Below are positions 24,201 to 36,047 of a stretch of DNA of 64,000 nt, piece by piece (the stretch's first letter is position 1; each line of letters opens with the position of its first letter). The notes under the pieces were generated by a model. That model saw only the letters and a list, made by a program, of their open reading frames with translations, was not told the origin of the DNA and did not search any database. Location: positions 49,106,001 to 49,170,000 of the forward strand of contig OZ076413.1 in assembly GCA_964187785.1 (NCBI GenBank), in the 5' to 3' direction. The translations under genes were made by a program, and so were the position numbers. Source of the stretch: Amphiscolops sp. MND2022. Lineage: Eukaryota.

Positions 24201-25323
24201 CTGAGCTTGTGCATGTTGATCTCAGAATCTCAAATAAACATAAAAAATCAATAAACTTTCAGTTTTGCAGTTTTTGAAGTTAGAATTTTTTCAAAAGTTA
24301 TTGGTCCCTTTTATCCGAGTCCAAATAATTTTTTTACAATCAGAGGTCCAATTGGTTTAGTGCAGTATGGTATGATTGCGACAGAAAGTGCTTTCTAATT
24401 AATAATTCAATATACTCTAGGCGTCCAAACAATGAATGAATCATTATGAAAATTTGTATGACAAATGAATGCCTGGTGAATGCAGCGGCTGAATGCCTGG
24501 TGACTATGATACTGAAATAATTCGGAACAATGGCAGCAACAACCTCGCCCTAGAGACACCTATTTCCTTGTTTACTACTTTTCCATATACGAGCGAAATA
24601 CAATTTGTTAGCTGTAAATTCTGAATAAGCTTTTTTATTACGAGAGGCAATTGTTCATCAGCATTATCATTTTTTGAAAAAATAGATATTTTACTGTGTA
24701 AACTTTACTAAACGTTTGAGATGTTCATATGACGTTCAAATGGTCACTCACTAACATCATACTTTTTGCAGAAAATTGTTTTTCCAGGTCAAGGTTTAGA
24801 AACCAAAGAGCTACTAGAGTGCCAAGACAGACTCGGCAGGCTTCTCAAGAAGTCCACCCTGTCGGATCTAGGGGCCAAATTTCCCCCCAACATCGACCAT
24901 GTCCACGATTTCATTCACGCCGCTCGGATTAGCCGGTGCATTCGACTGACAAGCTGCAAAAGTGCAAAAGATAGAACTTCCATGTCGGCCACTCTGGAAA
25001 TGTCTAAACTTATCACCTCTTTTCTTGTCCAGAGCAAGTTTCCAGCTAGAAGCGAAACTCCGCTTCTTCTTCAAGATACGTTGGTGGACGTGGACGAGAA
25101 AGAGAAGGCTCTTGAGTATAACTCAAAACCATCGATAGCCAATCAGGATCAAGTGACAAAAGTCATCGTGGACAGCCTCAGGAGAGGGGTGAGGTTGAGA
25201 AACTGCAAAATCAACTGTGGTCGCCCTAGATACAAGTTCACGGCCTTCAACTACAGATACTTGCCCCCTGAGTTCAAACCCCCAGAGTCTACGTACACCA
25301 GTTCTTCCGATACTGCAACCTAG
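6255..25323 (+). CDS. INPP4: Inositol polyphosphate 4-phosphatase (INPP4A/B-like), 3' part. Exons ~6255-6421, 9608-9889, 21244-21433, 22055-22363, 23059-23165, 24788-25323; further exons possible; 5' exons outside the window
   Basis: Catalytic CKSAKDRT motif in the last exon. Other exons carry INPP4-like motifs PIPVNLQV, IVTVGCPSPHG, RRDLMMLCQVLT and GNEYEMLKDF. GT-AG sites with compatible phases (1,1,2,2,1). Confidence 0.85.
6528..9229 (+). mobile_element. HINE family 2, long copy with a diverged ~180-bp internal tandem array
   Basis: SubTIR ATTTTCCGCCC (6530-6540) / GGGCGGAAAAT (9192-9202), hairpin CCCGCT-GCTC-AGCGGG (9205-9220), terminal CTTGTT. Repeat marker CGTGGA(T/C)T(A/G)GAATGTT at ~6820, 6997, 7183, 7369. 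Confidence 0.75.
10658..11185 (+). mobile_element. HINE family 3 copy
   Basis: SubTIR AGTCGGCGC (10661) / GCGCCGACT (11157), hairpin GCCG-TTCC-CGGC, terminal TTGTT. Internal GGTTCGAGTCC B-box-like motif. Confidence 0.8.
11535..11610 (-). other. tRNA-derived (SINE-head-like) A-box/B-box sequence
   Basis: Minus strand TGGCACAGTGGT ... GGTTCGAATC at tRNA-like spacing, but no proper cloverleaf. Confidence 0.5.
12472..14059 (+). CDS. Nested small secreted 4-Cys protein: exon 12472-12851 plus candidate exon 13933-14059 with a GPI-signal-like tail (or single exon to 12870)
   Basis: Signal-peptide-like SAIIITMLLLGFAFA, GC-richer coding-like composition, 4 Cys, Ser/Gly stalk. Phase-2 donor AG|GTACCG matches acceptor ATCAG|T, giving ...EGISDAVSDASERADEAPTGPKLSPLLMLTTAAIAIFLHLL*. 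Confidence 0.6.
12985..13260 (+). other. Two tRNA-like A/B-box segments flanking the start of a HINE family 3 copy (13073)
   Basis: TGATCTAGTGGTTAG...GGCTCGATTCCC (~12995-13050) and TGGCCTAGTGGTT...CTTCGATTCCG (~13196-13250). Acceptor stems do not pair. Confidence 0.5.
14696..15179. mobile_element. hAT-type MITE
   Basis: TIR TAGTGTTGTTA / TAACAGCACTA. Perfect 8-bp TSD GTGGGGAA (14688-14695, 15180-15187). Confidence 0.85.
15805..16314. mobile_element. MITE with CAGAG...CTCTG termini and a 9-bp TSD
   Basis: TIR CAGAGATGTTAC / GTAACATCTCTG, TSD ATTGCAAAT on both sides, subterminal ATTATGCG repeats. Confidence 0.85.
16671..17170 (-). mobile_element. HINE family 3 copy (reverse)
   Basis: AACAAGCCGGGAACGGCCCAAGTCGGCGCC ... 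CGCCGACTAAAA, the reverse complement of the 10658 element's ends. Confidence 0.8.
17757..18748 (-). pseudogene. Truncated hAT-superfamily transposase (CGGBP1/DUF659-like), ORF 17975-18727, with a candidate CAGAG terminus at 17757
   Basis: CTLC...HFESGKH zinc finger, ASNIPLWKLNN, DETTD, LSDGASYM, HITCLAHGLN (CxxH). The C-terminal half is missing. Confidence 0.8.
18757..19997. mobile_element. Non-autonomous hAT-type element
   Basis: TIR CTGGGGTGTGG(G/A)A, 8-bp TSD TCAATGTT (18749-18756, 19998-20005), subterminal (A/C)CCGTA repeats. Internal tRNA-like B-box on the minus strand near 19190. Confidence 0.85.
20039..20520 (-). mobile_element. HINE family 2, short copy (reverse)
   Basis: Ends are reverse complements of ~9095-9229 and ~6528-6700; most of the internal array is absent. 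Confidence 0.8.
23228..23368. mobile_element. Small Tc1/pogo-like MITE
   Basis: TIR CAGTAGAAACT(A/G)CTT, flanked by TG/TA. Confidence 0.55.
23638..24058 (+). repeat. Unclassified ~420-bp interspersed repeat (copy 2, uninterrupted)
   Basis: Near-identical to 5119-6055. Ends in a GCCCC-GGA-GGGGC hairpin followed by CTATTTT. Confidence 0.8.
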
Positions 25324-26159
25324 ATTTACAACTATTACTATTATATTAATTTCTTATTGCAAAGTCATTTAACATAGCTTTTAGTTTCGTTAGCAGTATT
25401 AGGGTTGTAGTTTTTTTCCACAGTGCTTCAGTTATTGTTGCTAAATATTACTGGATATTGTTAGCAAAGGCCTTAGTAGATTATCTCCTTCCGGTGCTAC
25501 ATCAGCTGATTTTCAGTGCATGAAATTACTAGGGCAACTTACAAAAATCAAAGGTTTTGTCAAACAGTTTCTGGTTTTTTTAAGCAACGGTGTTTCCGTC
25601 TAGCGTTCCTGATCTTCGCAAAAAGCAGCGTTTGTTGATCACTGATTTACTCTGCTGACGTTTTTCAAATACTTTTCATTTTCAACCGGACAGTTTGCAT
25701 AAAAGTATATATTTCAGTCGGCAGTCTGTTGGATCTTTTTTCCGGTACGAAGGAAGTTTTTCAAAAAATGTGTTATTTTTTAGCAGCCTTGGGTTTCTTT
25801 TTTGACGTTCTGCAGCTAGACAGTTATAATATTTGATATTTCTGCGTGAGCTGGAATGTTATAAAAATCGGTCAAAGTTGTTTTTTGTCAGACTTCTATC
25901 GTCCCGTTTTTTCCGCCAATTCAGGCAGCAATGAGACAGCGCTACTCCAAGTCTTTAACCAGTTTATTTAATTCTCGTAGCAGCGAGACATTGAAATCAA
26001 GCAACTTTTGCATCAAGCGACGAATGCAAAAAGCGACGTCATATGCAATCAAGCGACGTCATATGCGTTTAGTAGCTGTAGTTTTTTTGTTCAAGTAACG
26101 AAGCTCTTAGTCGGGGCAAAATTGAAGGCGGTGTAAACTGGTACAGTGATTGCTTTATA

Positions 26160-26315
26160 CAGTGGATCCCGGATATAATCAACGTCAGGGGAACGCTATT
26201 GGTGTTTCTTATAATCGAACTTTCTTATATCCGGGTTTTAATAGGAATGAAATTGCCAGTCGGGGCCTAGATACGCATTGACTATAAGCGAGTTTCTTAT
26301 ATCCGGGATCCACTG
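26160..26315. mobile_element. Tc1/mariner-pogo-type MITE
   Basis: TIR CAGTGGATCCCGGATATAA on both ends, TA TSD. Confidence 0.85.
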
Positions 26316-26934
26316 TATAATGAATTAACCGGACTTTAAAACTGTTTTTATTATTGAACTTTGAAGTTAGTGGTGATTGTAGTCTAAAGCAGGAACATTA
26401 CTGTGCCTCGCTGGGACCTATTTTGTTTATTCATTTTCACCTCAGGGTTGCCCAACTTTATCATTCATGGGTAAGTTCTGCTAATTTTTATGATCTTAAA
26501 AGTTATTTAATTTAACGCAATTGCACGGCCAAATTCAGTCTTGAAGCTCTTATTCACTCTGGGTGTTCTCTGCTATGCTAATTCGATCTCAAAATTTCTG
26601 AATACTCTTCTATTTCTGGAACTATAATTAATGACTAGATGAATTCATTTTGTACATACTCTTGAAAAATATTGTAATTTGAAAATATGAATTTTATTCC
26701 TGATCTATCAACATATCTGGTACACTTTGTCATCTATATATTTTTATAAATATATATCCGTTTTCTTTCTCAGATTTCACCGCACAAGTTGATTTGAAAA
26801 GATAGTTTATATAGTTTTTCAGTTAAATTTTAAAATATCATTGAGCTCAACCCAACGTTAAGCTGCTGAACAACTAGTTCAACCATGTGTTTAAAAAGTC
26901 ATTGACTGATCGTTTTTAACATTGACCATATTGT

Positions 26935-27185
26935 TATTTTCCGCCCGCTTATAATGGGGGAGCAAAATCATAATCTGTGTTGCGTTTTTTTCCAAATTGT
27001 GCCAAATCTCCACGATTTCCATCCATTACTTGACTACTTTAGTTACTAGTAGCTAAAATAGTCAAGTAGTTACTAGTAGTTTAGTACTAGTAACTAAAAT
27101 AGTCAAGTAACAAATAGTCAAGTAAGTAAAATAGTCAACTAAGAGGGCGGAAAATATATATCGGTGCTTAGCGGGCGTCTTGTTT
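26935..27185 (+). mobile_element. Minimal HINE family 2 relative with an internal AGTAACTAAAATAGTCA-type minisatellite
   Basis: ATTTTCCGCCC ... GGGCGGAAAAT ... AGCGGGCGTCTTGTT ends shared with the 6528 element. Confidence 0.65.
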
Positions 27186-27921
27186 GAATTTAGCAGTAAA
27201 AATGCATAGCTGGAAGAAAATCGCTCCAAATTGAGATGAAAGAGCTCCAAACGCTTTGTAAAATACTGGAAATACTTTGTTTTGATAGTCGGAATTTTAA
27301 TTATCAATTCAGGCCATGAAATAAAATAGGTATCCCGTTTTTGTACGTAGTGCGCACAAACAAATTCAAAAACAAACAGGGAATGGCCTAAGTCAGCACC
27401 CCGCTCAAGATTTAAAAAAACTTAGAAATCTCGTCAATCTCACAGTACCGAAAAACCGGAAGGTACACCCTGGAGACTCAGAAAAACACGAATGAAATGT
27501 TCAAAAAAAGTGGAGGGCACTTAGGTGAAATAAACATTTCGAAAAAAAGTAGCACAGCGCCGAAAACCCAAGTAGGGGACCCTTTTGGTTCGTTTATCTT
27601 CGCGAAACTAAAAAAATGACCACCCGGGACTTGACTATTCACGTGTTCCACGTACCCCTGATTCCCAGTCACACAGTCCATGCACAGTGGCTGACTACTA
27701 TATTAATTTGTAATTTCTAGTTTGATCCATATCAATGAAAGGTTACACCATAGCTGCTACTTAGACTGGCCGCTTAAAGAGCATTTTGTAAAAGATAGTT
27801 TGGTCGAAAAAGTGACTCTCCGCCTAACGATATTTTCGCAGCTTACCCAGTAAAGTTAGGAACTATTCTGAGCTTTCCACGGTATTAGCAATTCGCTGTT
27901 ATTACAGCCTTATCCATCTGA

Positions 27922-28395
27922 AACAAGCCGGGACCGGCCCAAGTCGGCGCCATATCTAAGGCTCAAAAATAGCAAAAGGACTTCAAAATGTCAAAGTATT
28001 GGTGAATTTGGAACCTTTTACAAAAAAAAAGAAATTGAAAAAGTCTCACAATGCCGAAAAAAAACTGAAAGGGATGACCCTTTGGGATTTTTCAATATCT
28101 CTTCTGTTGCAAAACTCCAAAAAATTGAAGCGGGGACCCTTTGGTGAAAAAAAATGAAAAGTCGCACAGTTCCGAAAAAAAATCTAAAGGGGGACCATTT
28201 GGTCTCATCCAGTATTGTATGTTACGCGGGAAACCTTTTTGGTTCAGTTCACAACAGGTACAATTTGGCGTCTTCTCAAAATTTTGTAGGACTTTTGGTA
28301 GAACTATTTTGGTCACTTCAGGTGGTCTTGAAAAACACTGAGGAAAAGCCATGACTATAGTCGACTCTTTTCTTAAGAAAAGCGCCGACTAAAAA
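27922..28395 (-). mobile_element. HINE family 3 copy (reverse)
   Basis: AACAAGCCGGGACCGGCCCAAGTCGGCGCC ... GCGCCGACTAAAA. Confidence 0.8.
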
Positions 28396-29326
28396 TGAAG
28401 CATTCGATAAAAGATTTTGAATTTTTGAGTAGTTTAAATTCAATGACATCAGTGATGAAAAGAAAATGAAACAACTGGTTATCCGACAAGAACCAAACTA
28501 GAAAAAAAACTATGTAATTATGATCCTTACATTCAAAAGTTCTCTCACGACATTGACGCCGCGATTCGTTGCCTAATGCCATTGACGGGTGTTAAGGAGG
28601 TTGCGGAACCCTTCTAAACTAGCAGATTTAGAATGTCATATTGTTTTGAGCAAGCCCGACAGAAACCCGCCCTTGAAAAAAATATTTCACTGAAAACTCT
28701 TGTAGAGAAAATGCTTAAGACCATTTCGACTATTTGTAAACGGAATTGAAAAAGGTTAAAATTTATAAATACGACAGTCTGTGAAGAAAAGAGATAGTCT
28801 TGGAAACCTGAATTATTAAAACTCAAGAATGATTTTCATTTTTTTTCGAATGAAAGATTCCCAAGAAGCGCGGTGTCTGCGATATTTTTTATATATGCTC
28901 ACATCAATATTTCCAAGGAGGAACTCCGCTAGTGAAAAATTATTGAAAAAAAGTCGCACAGATTTGAAAACTTTTTTTCCACATTTATTGCGAAAAGTCT
29001 CATCAGAACAACCGACCGAAAAATCAAACAGGCGAACCTCAACATTCTGAATTTCGAACCTGAAGTAGTAGCTAAAGAGCTAGAATTAGAGGACAAATCA
29101 TAGACAGACATTTATCATTGTTTGATATTATTATACTTAATTGTCTACATGTCCTTAGTACCTGCTACTATTGTCTATACTCAAAAAACTGATCTTTGTT
29201 CAGTACAAAAAGATAGATAGACGAATACAGTTTTATGTTGTGTAATTCTTGTCAAGCAAAAGATTACAACATGGCGCAGTCAGGCTAACTTACACTTAGC
29301 CAAGAACTATTACAAACGATTCGAAA

Positions 29327-30628
29327 ATGGACGAATCTCACATCACATCACCCACGAATGGTGAACAACCCAACCGGTCACTGGACCAATCTTCAAATAC
29401 CCGGCAACCGCTCAATGAAACTTCAATGAGAACGGGCGAACGGACTTGTACCCAAAAGCTATCCATACCAAGTCTGGAAAATAATGATAGCACAAGTGCA
29501 AACCTGTGGTGGCGAAAATTCGTCCAATACGTGAAAATGACGAAAGCGATTGACATCTCAACGATGGTAAATTCCAAAGAGATCTTACCACAATATCGGG
29601 AACAATTAGAAACCGAGATAAAAGACATCTTCCTTTGGGCAATCGGACAAAACGCCCTTACCGAAATGACCAAGACGGTAAGAGAAAGAGAACCGAGCTC
29701 CCTTCCACTACACAAACTATACACCCTATTCCGGTTACATTACACACCGGAACGGAACGTACAACACAGCCGATTCGACTTCTTCGACATGAAGAGAGAA
29801 AACGGAGAAACGGCAGCAGATGTATGGAAAAGAATTCTGGAAATCGAAAACAACTGTAAATTCGAAAACATCACAGCCGCAGAATTACTTGCATCTAAAT
29901 TCTTATCACTCATAGGGAAGTCAACTGGAGACTATGAGCTGAAAAAGAAGATACGCAAAGGCGACATGTCAGTTGAAGCAATAACAGACGCCATACACGA
30001 GTACATGTATGAAAAACTGAACGATTCTCCAGAAACCGACGAAGAAAAGAAAATCAGACACGTAGAAAAGTGAAAATTCAAACCCACAAAAGAACAAACG
30101 GAAAAAAACACAAAACTCAGAAGAATGGACTGCAACAGATGCGGAGCCCCCAATTGGTCTAAACAACACGAATGTCCGGCGAGAGGAAAGAAATGTGCCA
30201 AATGCGGTAAATCTGGACACTTCGCCAAATGCTGCCGCTCATCGAAGAAAATTAACCATATAGCAGAAGAAGAAACTTACAGTGCTGACGAAGATGACTG
30301 GACACCAGACAGAATACATCTGATACAACCAAAAATCCATTCACTGGCAACAAATAACAAGAACGGACCGCCGTTCTACATGAAGACGGTATTGGTTAAT
30401 AACCGACCAATCAAATTCATAATTGACACAGGCTCACCAGTAACTCTTATTCCAAAATCAAAATTCGACAAGGTGACAACACTCAAACCGATAACTGTAG
30501 ATTATCGGGACGTGAATGACAACAAAATAAAATTCGAGGGAAAATCCACCGCAAATGTTGAATTGAACGGTACAAAACACCAACTGGAAAAACAACAACT
30601 AGAAACACCCACCCATTACTTGGACTAG
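29327..30628 (+). pseudogene. Gag (two zinc knuckles) and aspartic protease, with a premature stop at 30071
   Basis: CNRCG...HECPARGKKCAKCGKSGHFAKCC and IDTGS. Confidence 0.85.
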
Positions 30629-30633
30629 ACTGG

Positions 30634-32127
30634 ATGGGAAAATTGGGAATTACACTAGAGGTAGAAAACCCCAAAACAGAAATCAATCACATAACCAAGA
30701 CGGGAAACACAGAAGACCGGGACATAACGACACTAAAACGTAAGTTCCACAAATTGTTTAACGAAAATCACACGGTAAATAACATAGAAGTAGATATTCA
30801 ATTGAAAGAAGGAGCAAAGCTAATCCAACAAAAGGGCAGACCAATTCCGATCCATTTACAACCGGCGGTCGAAAAAGAGATAGAAAAACTGAAAGACCAA
30901 GGGCACGTTGAAAAAGCAAATGATATCGACGAAACATGCTTTGTGAGCCCGGCGGTAATAACGATCAAAATAGACAAATCGATAAAAATAGCCCTGGACT
31001 CTCGGAAACTAAACGAGATAACGGTTAAAAGGAAAGCACAAATGCCAAATATGGAGGAATTGATTTCAAGAATTACCAGGAAAATAGCCGACGGACCGGC
31101 AGATGAAATCTGGATCTCAAAGTTCAATCTAGACTATGCGTACGGTCAATTACATTTATCAAAACGAGCAATGGACCTTTGCATATTCGCGGTGACCGGA
31201 GGTAATTTTACCGGTTACTACCGTTTTTTAAAAGGATTTCACGGGTTAGCGGACATACCGACCATTTTTCAAGAGAAAATTGACCAAACACTGGAAAACA
31301 AACATCCAGCATGGCTGAATGACATTATAAGAGTAACTAAAGGCTCAAAACAGAAACACATGGAGGAATTAACCGATGTGTTAACAAGACTAGAAAACGC
31401 GGGTTACAGACTAAGCGAGAACAAATCCGAGCTTTTCAAAACCGAAATAGAGTGGATCGGCCACAGAATTGACCAAAACGGTATTAGACCGTTACAAGAC
31501 AAATTAACCGCAATAAAAGAACTGAAAAGACCCGAAAATGAGAAGGAACTAAAATCGTTCCTAGGCGCAATCCAATATTTATCAAAATACATCGAAAACC
31601 TGTCAGCACAAACCGACATTCTAAGACAGTTGTTAAAAAAAGATAACACTTGGAATTGGACCGACGAACACACCATAGCTTTCGAAAACTTAAAACAAAA
31701 AATCACGGAAATACCGTGTCTGGCCCATTACAATTCAAATTATCCGAATATAGTAACAACGGACGCCAGTACAAAAGGACTGGGCGCAACACTATGGCGA
31801 GAACAGCCAAACGGAGATTTAAAACCGATCGGATTTGCCAGTCGTTTCCTTTCTTATACAGAAAAGAAATACGCAATCAATGAATTGGAATTAATGGCAG
31901 TTGTATGGGGATTAGAACACTTTCGTCTCTGTATATACGGTAAGCCGATAAAATTATTAACAGACCACCAAGCACTAGAGCCACTAATTAAACGCAACCG
32001 ATCCAATAAAACGTACAGCGCGCGGCTAACGAGGTGGCTTGACCGCTTAGCGCACTTCACAATTAACGTCAGCCATATAGCCGGTAAACATTTAGCGCTC
32101 ACGGATTATCTCAGTCGTAATCTTTAA
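30634..32127 (+). pseudogene. Reverse transcriptase-RNase H, apparently inactivated
   Basis: LDSRKLN and AYGQL motifs; catalytic box reads WLNDII and KFNL instead of DD and D. RNase H TDAS, ELELMAV, TDHQAL, DYLSR. Confidence 0.9.
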
Positions 32128-32881
32128 GCACCTCCGCCAGCCGATGATGTATACGACGAAGAATACGTAATCAATAACGTCATCCCGCACTACAAATTTG
32201 TGACCAAATACGGTTGCCTTAGCAACCATTTTAACCAATCAAAACACGGAACGCAAAAGAAAACTACGCGCAAAGCAAACAACACACCAAAGCATTCCAA
32301 AACGCGTGAACAAACCGCCATTGATTGCCTTAAAAGTTCACAAGTCAGCAGCTCATTTCAAACCCGCATCCAAAACTGGAATTATCATGGACGCCAGAAC
32401 CATCGATAATCTTGAACGAGCCGATAACTCAGCGGAAACTAGATACCTCATTGCTAGATAGAGGGATATTGTAAAGGCCGGAGTCTATAGACAGTCCGGT
32501 GGCCGCTGGAAAAAGTACCACGAACCCAAATTCCTGAGAAATGAAAGGCGAGTAATCGAAGAACAACTTCAACAAGCCATCAGAAATGTAGAAAATCGAA
32601 GTCAACAAGAGCCAGCCGGGGGATTTCAACCGGAAACCAGAAGACAGGAGCAATGGACGGTCGACCCGTTCTGGGACGTCGACAGACCGCAAGCACCGGC
32701 CAACGCAAAAGACAGACCCGGGCCCTCGACCACAAATAATTCAACAGCGCAACAACAACCGATACCGATGGAAGAAGGGGAAATTGACTCGGAATCCGAT
32801 CAAGACCCGTCCATACTCGAAGTAGTCCCCGCAGTCAATTGGGCAAAATACGCAGGCGTTAAAAGCGTGTAATATATAAAA

Positions 32882-34943
32882 ATGGGACATGCCCCTAGAA
32901 CCACCGCAGAAGAGCCGAACGATTGGGATCTCGGAAACGCGGTACGCGAATCGGAGAAGAATTTCTCCACAGACCTCCAGTTACTGATGACAGAGACAAC
33001 AAACGACCCGACTCTTCTAAAAACACACGTGTGCCTCGAGAGACAGCAAGAGGACAACATCCCGGAAGAATACCAGCAATGCCGAAGAAAACTATCTACC
33101 AGGTACGGACTCGTGTTCTACGAAGACCGTATAATCGTCCCAAAGAATCTCAGGACGACGGTGATCAGCCTCCTCCACAAAGGCCATCCCGCCATCAACA
33201 ATGTGACGGCTGCATCCCGTGCAAAATTTCCGGTAAGAACATCAAACCTAACTTACATAATACGGAAAAAAAACAATTACCGGCATTAAACAAACCGAAT
33301 GAAGAAATACAACTGGACTTTATCGGACCGTTCACCGAAAAAAACCAAAGGTTCTTAATTCTACTTTCAATGGACCGGTCTAGTAAATGGCCGGCGGCAA
33401 GCCTCTGCAAATCGACCGATGGCGAAACCACGGTTAAGTTTATGGAACAATACATAAATCTGAACGGCATCCCGAAAACTATTAGGACGGATAAAGCCAC
33501 GGCATTTACGGGCCACACTTTTAGAGAGTTTTGCAAAAACCACCATATAAGACTCATATATGGGACACCATATATACACACCCCCACAGGGTTGGTCTAA
33601 CGCGGCGTAAGGACACTAAAAGAGACAATGCTGACAAACATAAAAGCGGGTGAAAAATTCAACAAAGCATTAGATATAGCCTTAAACGTGATGAGAAAAA
33701 CACCCCACACGAGATTGGGGAAATCCGTTTTCGAACTACACTACGGACGAGAACCGAACACGGAAATCAGTAACCTTTTAAACCTAGATAAACTGAAAAC
33801 TATAACAAACAATTGTTTTTCAGCAAAACCAGATACCTTACAGGTATATTCCTTCTACGGAGCTGGCGGTGCTTCTGACCAGCTACCGATGAAACAGAAG
33901 AAAGGACCAAAAGGAGTGAGTATTTACCCATTTCAATTTCTCGAGAAAACAGTAAATAAACCGAAATTTAAGAGCGCCTACTGAAACAAACTACAAACTG
34001 CCGTATCAGGAACTAAGTCCACGGTTACGACCGCGGAAAATAAAATCCTACATAGAAAACACATTAGTAAACCAATTTCTGAATTTGCACAGGAAGAGAA
34101 CAACAGAGGAATGGGACTGAGAGGACCGGACGGCCGGTTCATAAAATCCCCCAGATTGGCACGAGAAGCCAAATCAGACAGCGACTCGGAGAAGAGCAAT
34201 CCGGCAACACCACAAATGGATACTACTCAAATAACAGGGGGCACGCAATCCCGAAGCAACCCAACAACTCCAACCATAAAAACAAGTGGATCATTCGGAA
34301 GAGGGCGCCCAAAATTGGTCCGCAACAGACAAAGCCCTGGTTCACTTACCGGCTCAACGGACAGTCTCGGCCCGCTAACCATCATCACGGAGAACATGAC
34401 AGATACGGACATTGACCGTATCATTGAAGACGCCAAACAAAATGACACAGAACTTTTTATCAAAGATTTAAACGGTAAGGTAACTCATAATTATAACAAT
34501 ACCGTTCACGGAGGGGAAGAGAAGAAGGAGAAAAATAACTTAGAAGCAGAAACCTCCGACCTAGAAATAATTAGTAACCTAAGTTCTAGCACTGAAATAG
34601 AACAAGAAACAAAAGAACACAACTTGCGTAGATCGAAAAGATCAACAAAAACAAACCCCATTATTAGATTCAATAATCCCATAACATCTGATTACAGGAA
34701 ACACCGTAAACAGACTAAATGCCCAGAAGACACCAGAAACCGAGGAAGATACTCGGGAAAAGACCAGCAGCGTCGAGTATTAAACGACACAACGGAAGGA
34801 CCAGTCCAGGCAGAACAATTCAACCGGACAGCCGTTGAAACGCGGACCACCGCGAACATACCAAAAACGCCATGGACGGAAAACCGCCATAAAGAACAAG
34901 TCTCCCCCATTGGTCATTTATCATCCAATCGCGGAGGAGGGAG
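32882..34943 (+). pseudogene. Integrase (frameshifted, with stops) plus long low-complexity C-terminal extension
   Basis: LLHKGHP, CIPC, QLDFIGP, RTDKATAF, TGLV*R, RKTPH, LHYGR. Confidence 0.85.
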
Positions 34944-36047
34944 TGAAGTAGTAGCTTAAAAGCTAGAATTAGAGGACAAATCATAGACAGACATTTATCA
35001 TTGTTTGATATTATTATACCTAATTGTCTACATGTCCTTAGTACCTGCTACTATTGTCTATACTCAATAAACTGATCTTTGTTCAGTACAAAAAGGTAGA
35101 TAGACGAATACAGTTTTATGTTGTGTAATTCTTGTCAAGCAAAGAGATTACAACAGAACCTCAACAATCTGAAATCCTCAACCTTTAAAGCAAAAATTTA
35201 GGTTCAGAAAAATGAAAAAAAACTTCCGATTTGCAGAAAAAAACAGTGAGGAAAATCCTAAAGGGTCACTCTATGCTTGCAAAATGTACTGTTACTGCTG
35301 AAAATCAAAAGAACCTCCGGTTCAAAAATTCACAAGAAAGTCGCAAGGTGTCCTAAAAACACAAACGGGGACCGTTTGGTCTTTCCTCTACATTTGCAAG
35401 CAAACAAAAGTTGCATTTAATGCGGGACTCATGCTAATACTCCTGTTCTCAGGTAACAAAGGCCCTTTTAACAAAGTTCGGAAATCCGCGTTATTCGCTA
35501 GATGAAATGGAAAGTACTTTCGTGTTTCCCAGCATTTCTATTAGGTATTGGCAGAAATATGTGAAGGAAAAGAATAAGTCGAAAATGTCTCGAGTCGGCT
35601 CAAAAAGTGTCAATTTTTTGAAGTATGCGCAGGGCGTTTTTGAGTAATGTCTTTCAGATATCGAGAACTGAAAACATTTCTCTACAACTGGCAGCATCAA
35701 AAAAATGAGAATTACTGAAAAAATATCGACAATAGTCGCAAATTCCCAAAAACGTCAGTTGAACTTTTACGCTCTTGAAGCGTATTGTCTTTACTGAAAA
35801 CATCAGAAATTCAAAAGTCTTCTGTGAAAAGAAAAAATTCCGATACAGTAGCACAGTGATGAAAAAATCTGAAAGAAACCCTTCGGTCTGAAATAGATGC
35901 GAAGATACGGTAAATACAACAAAGAGTACCCTTTAGCCTCAGTAGGCTACTTGGGTACTCTTTAGGACTTAGGCGTGAAATCTGTGATAAGTGGATCAGA
36001 CCATTCTAAAACATCTGAGAAACTAAACATTGAAGCTCAGTGGTTTC

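Larger units (their letters stand above)
29061..35155 (+). mobile_element. Full-length, decayed Ty3/gypsy LTR retrotransposon (Mag-like)
   Basis: TG...CA LTRs 29061-29271 and 34944-35155 with only a handful of differences, TSD GAACC, PBS TGGCGCAGTC at 29272, PPT GGAGGAGGGAG, order gag-PR-RT-RH-IN. Confidence 0.95.

Noticed and set aside
28985..29010. CTGATGAG hammerhead-ribozyme-like core on the minus strand
   Set aside because: No GAAA partner with a paired stem II could be built.
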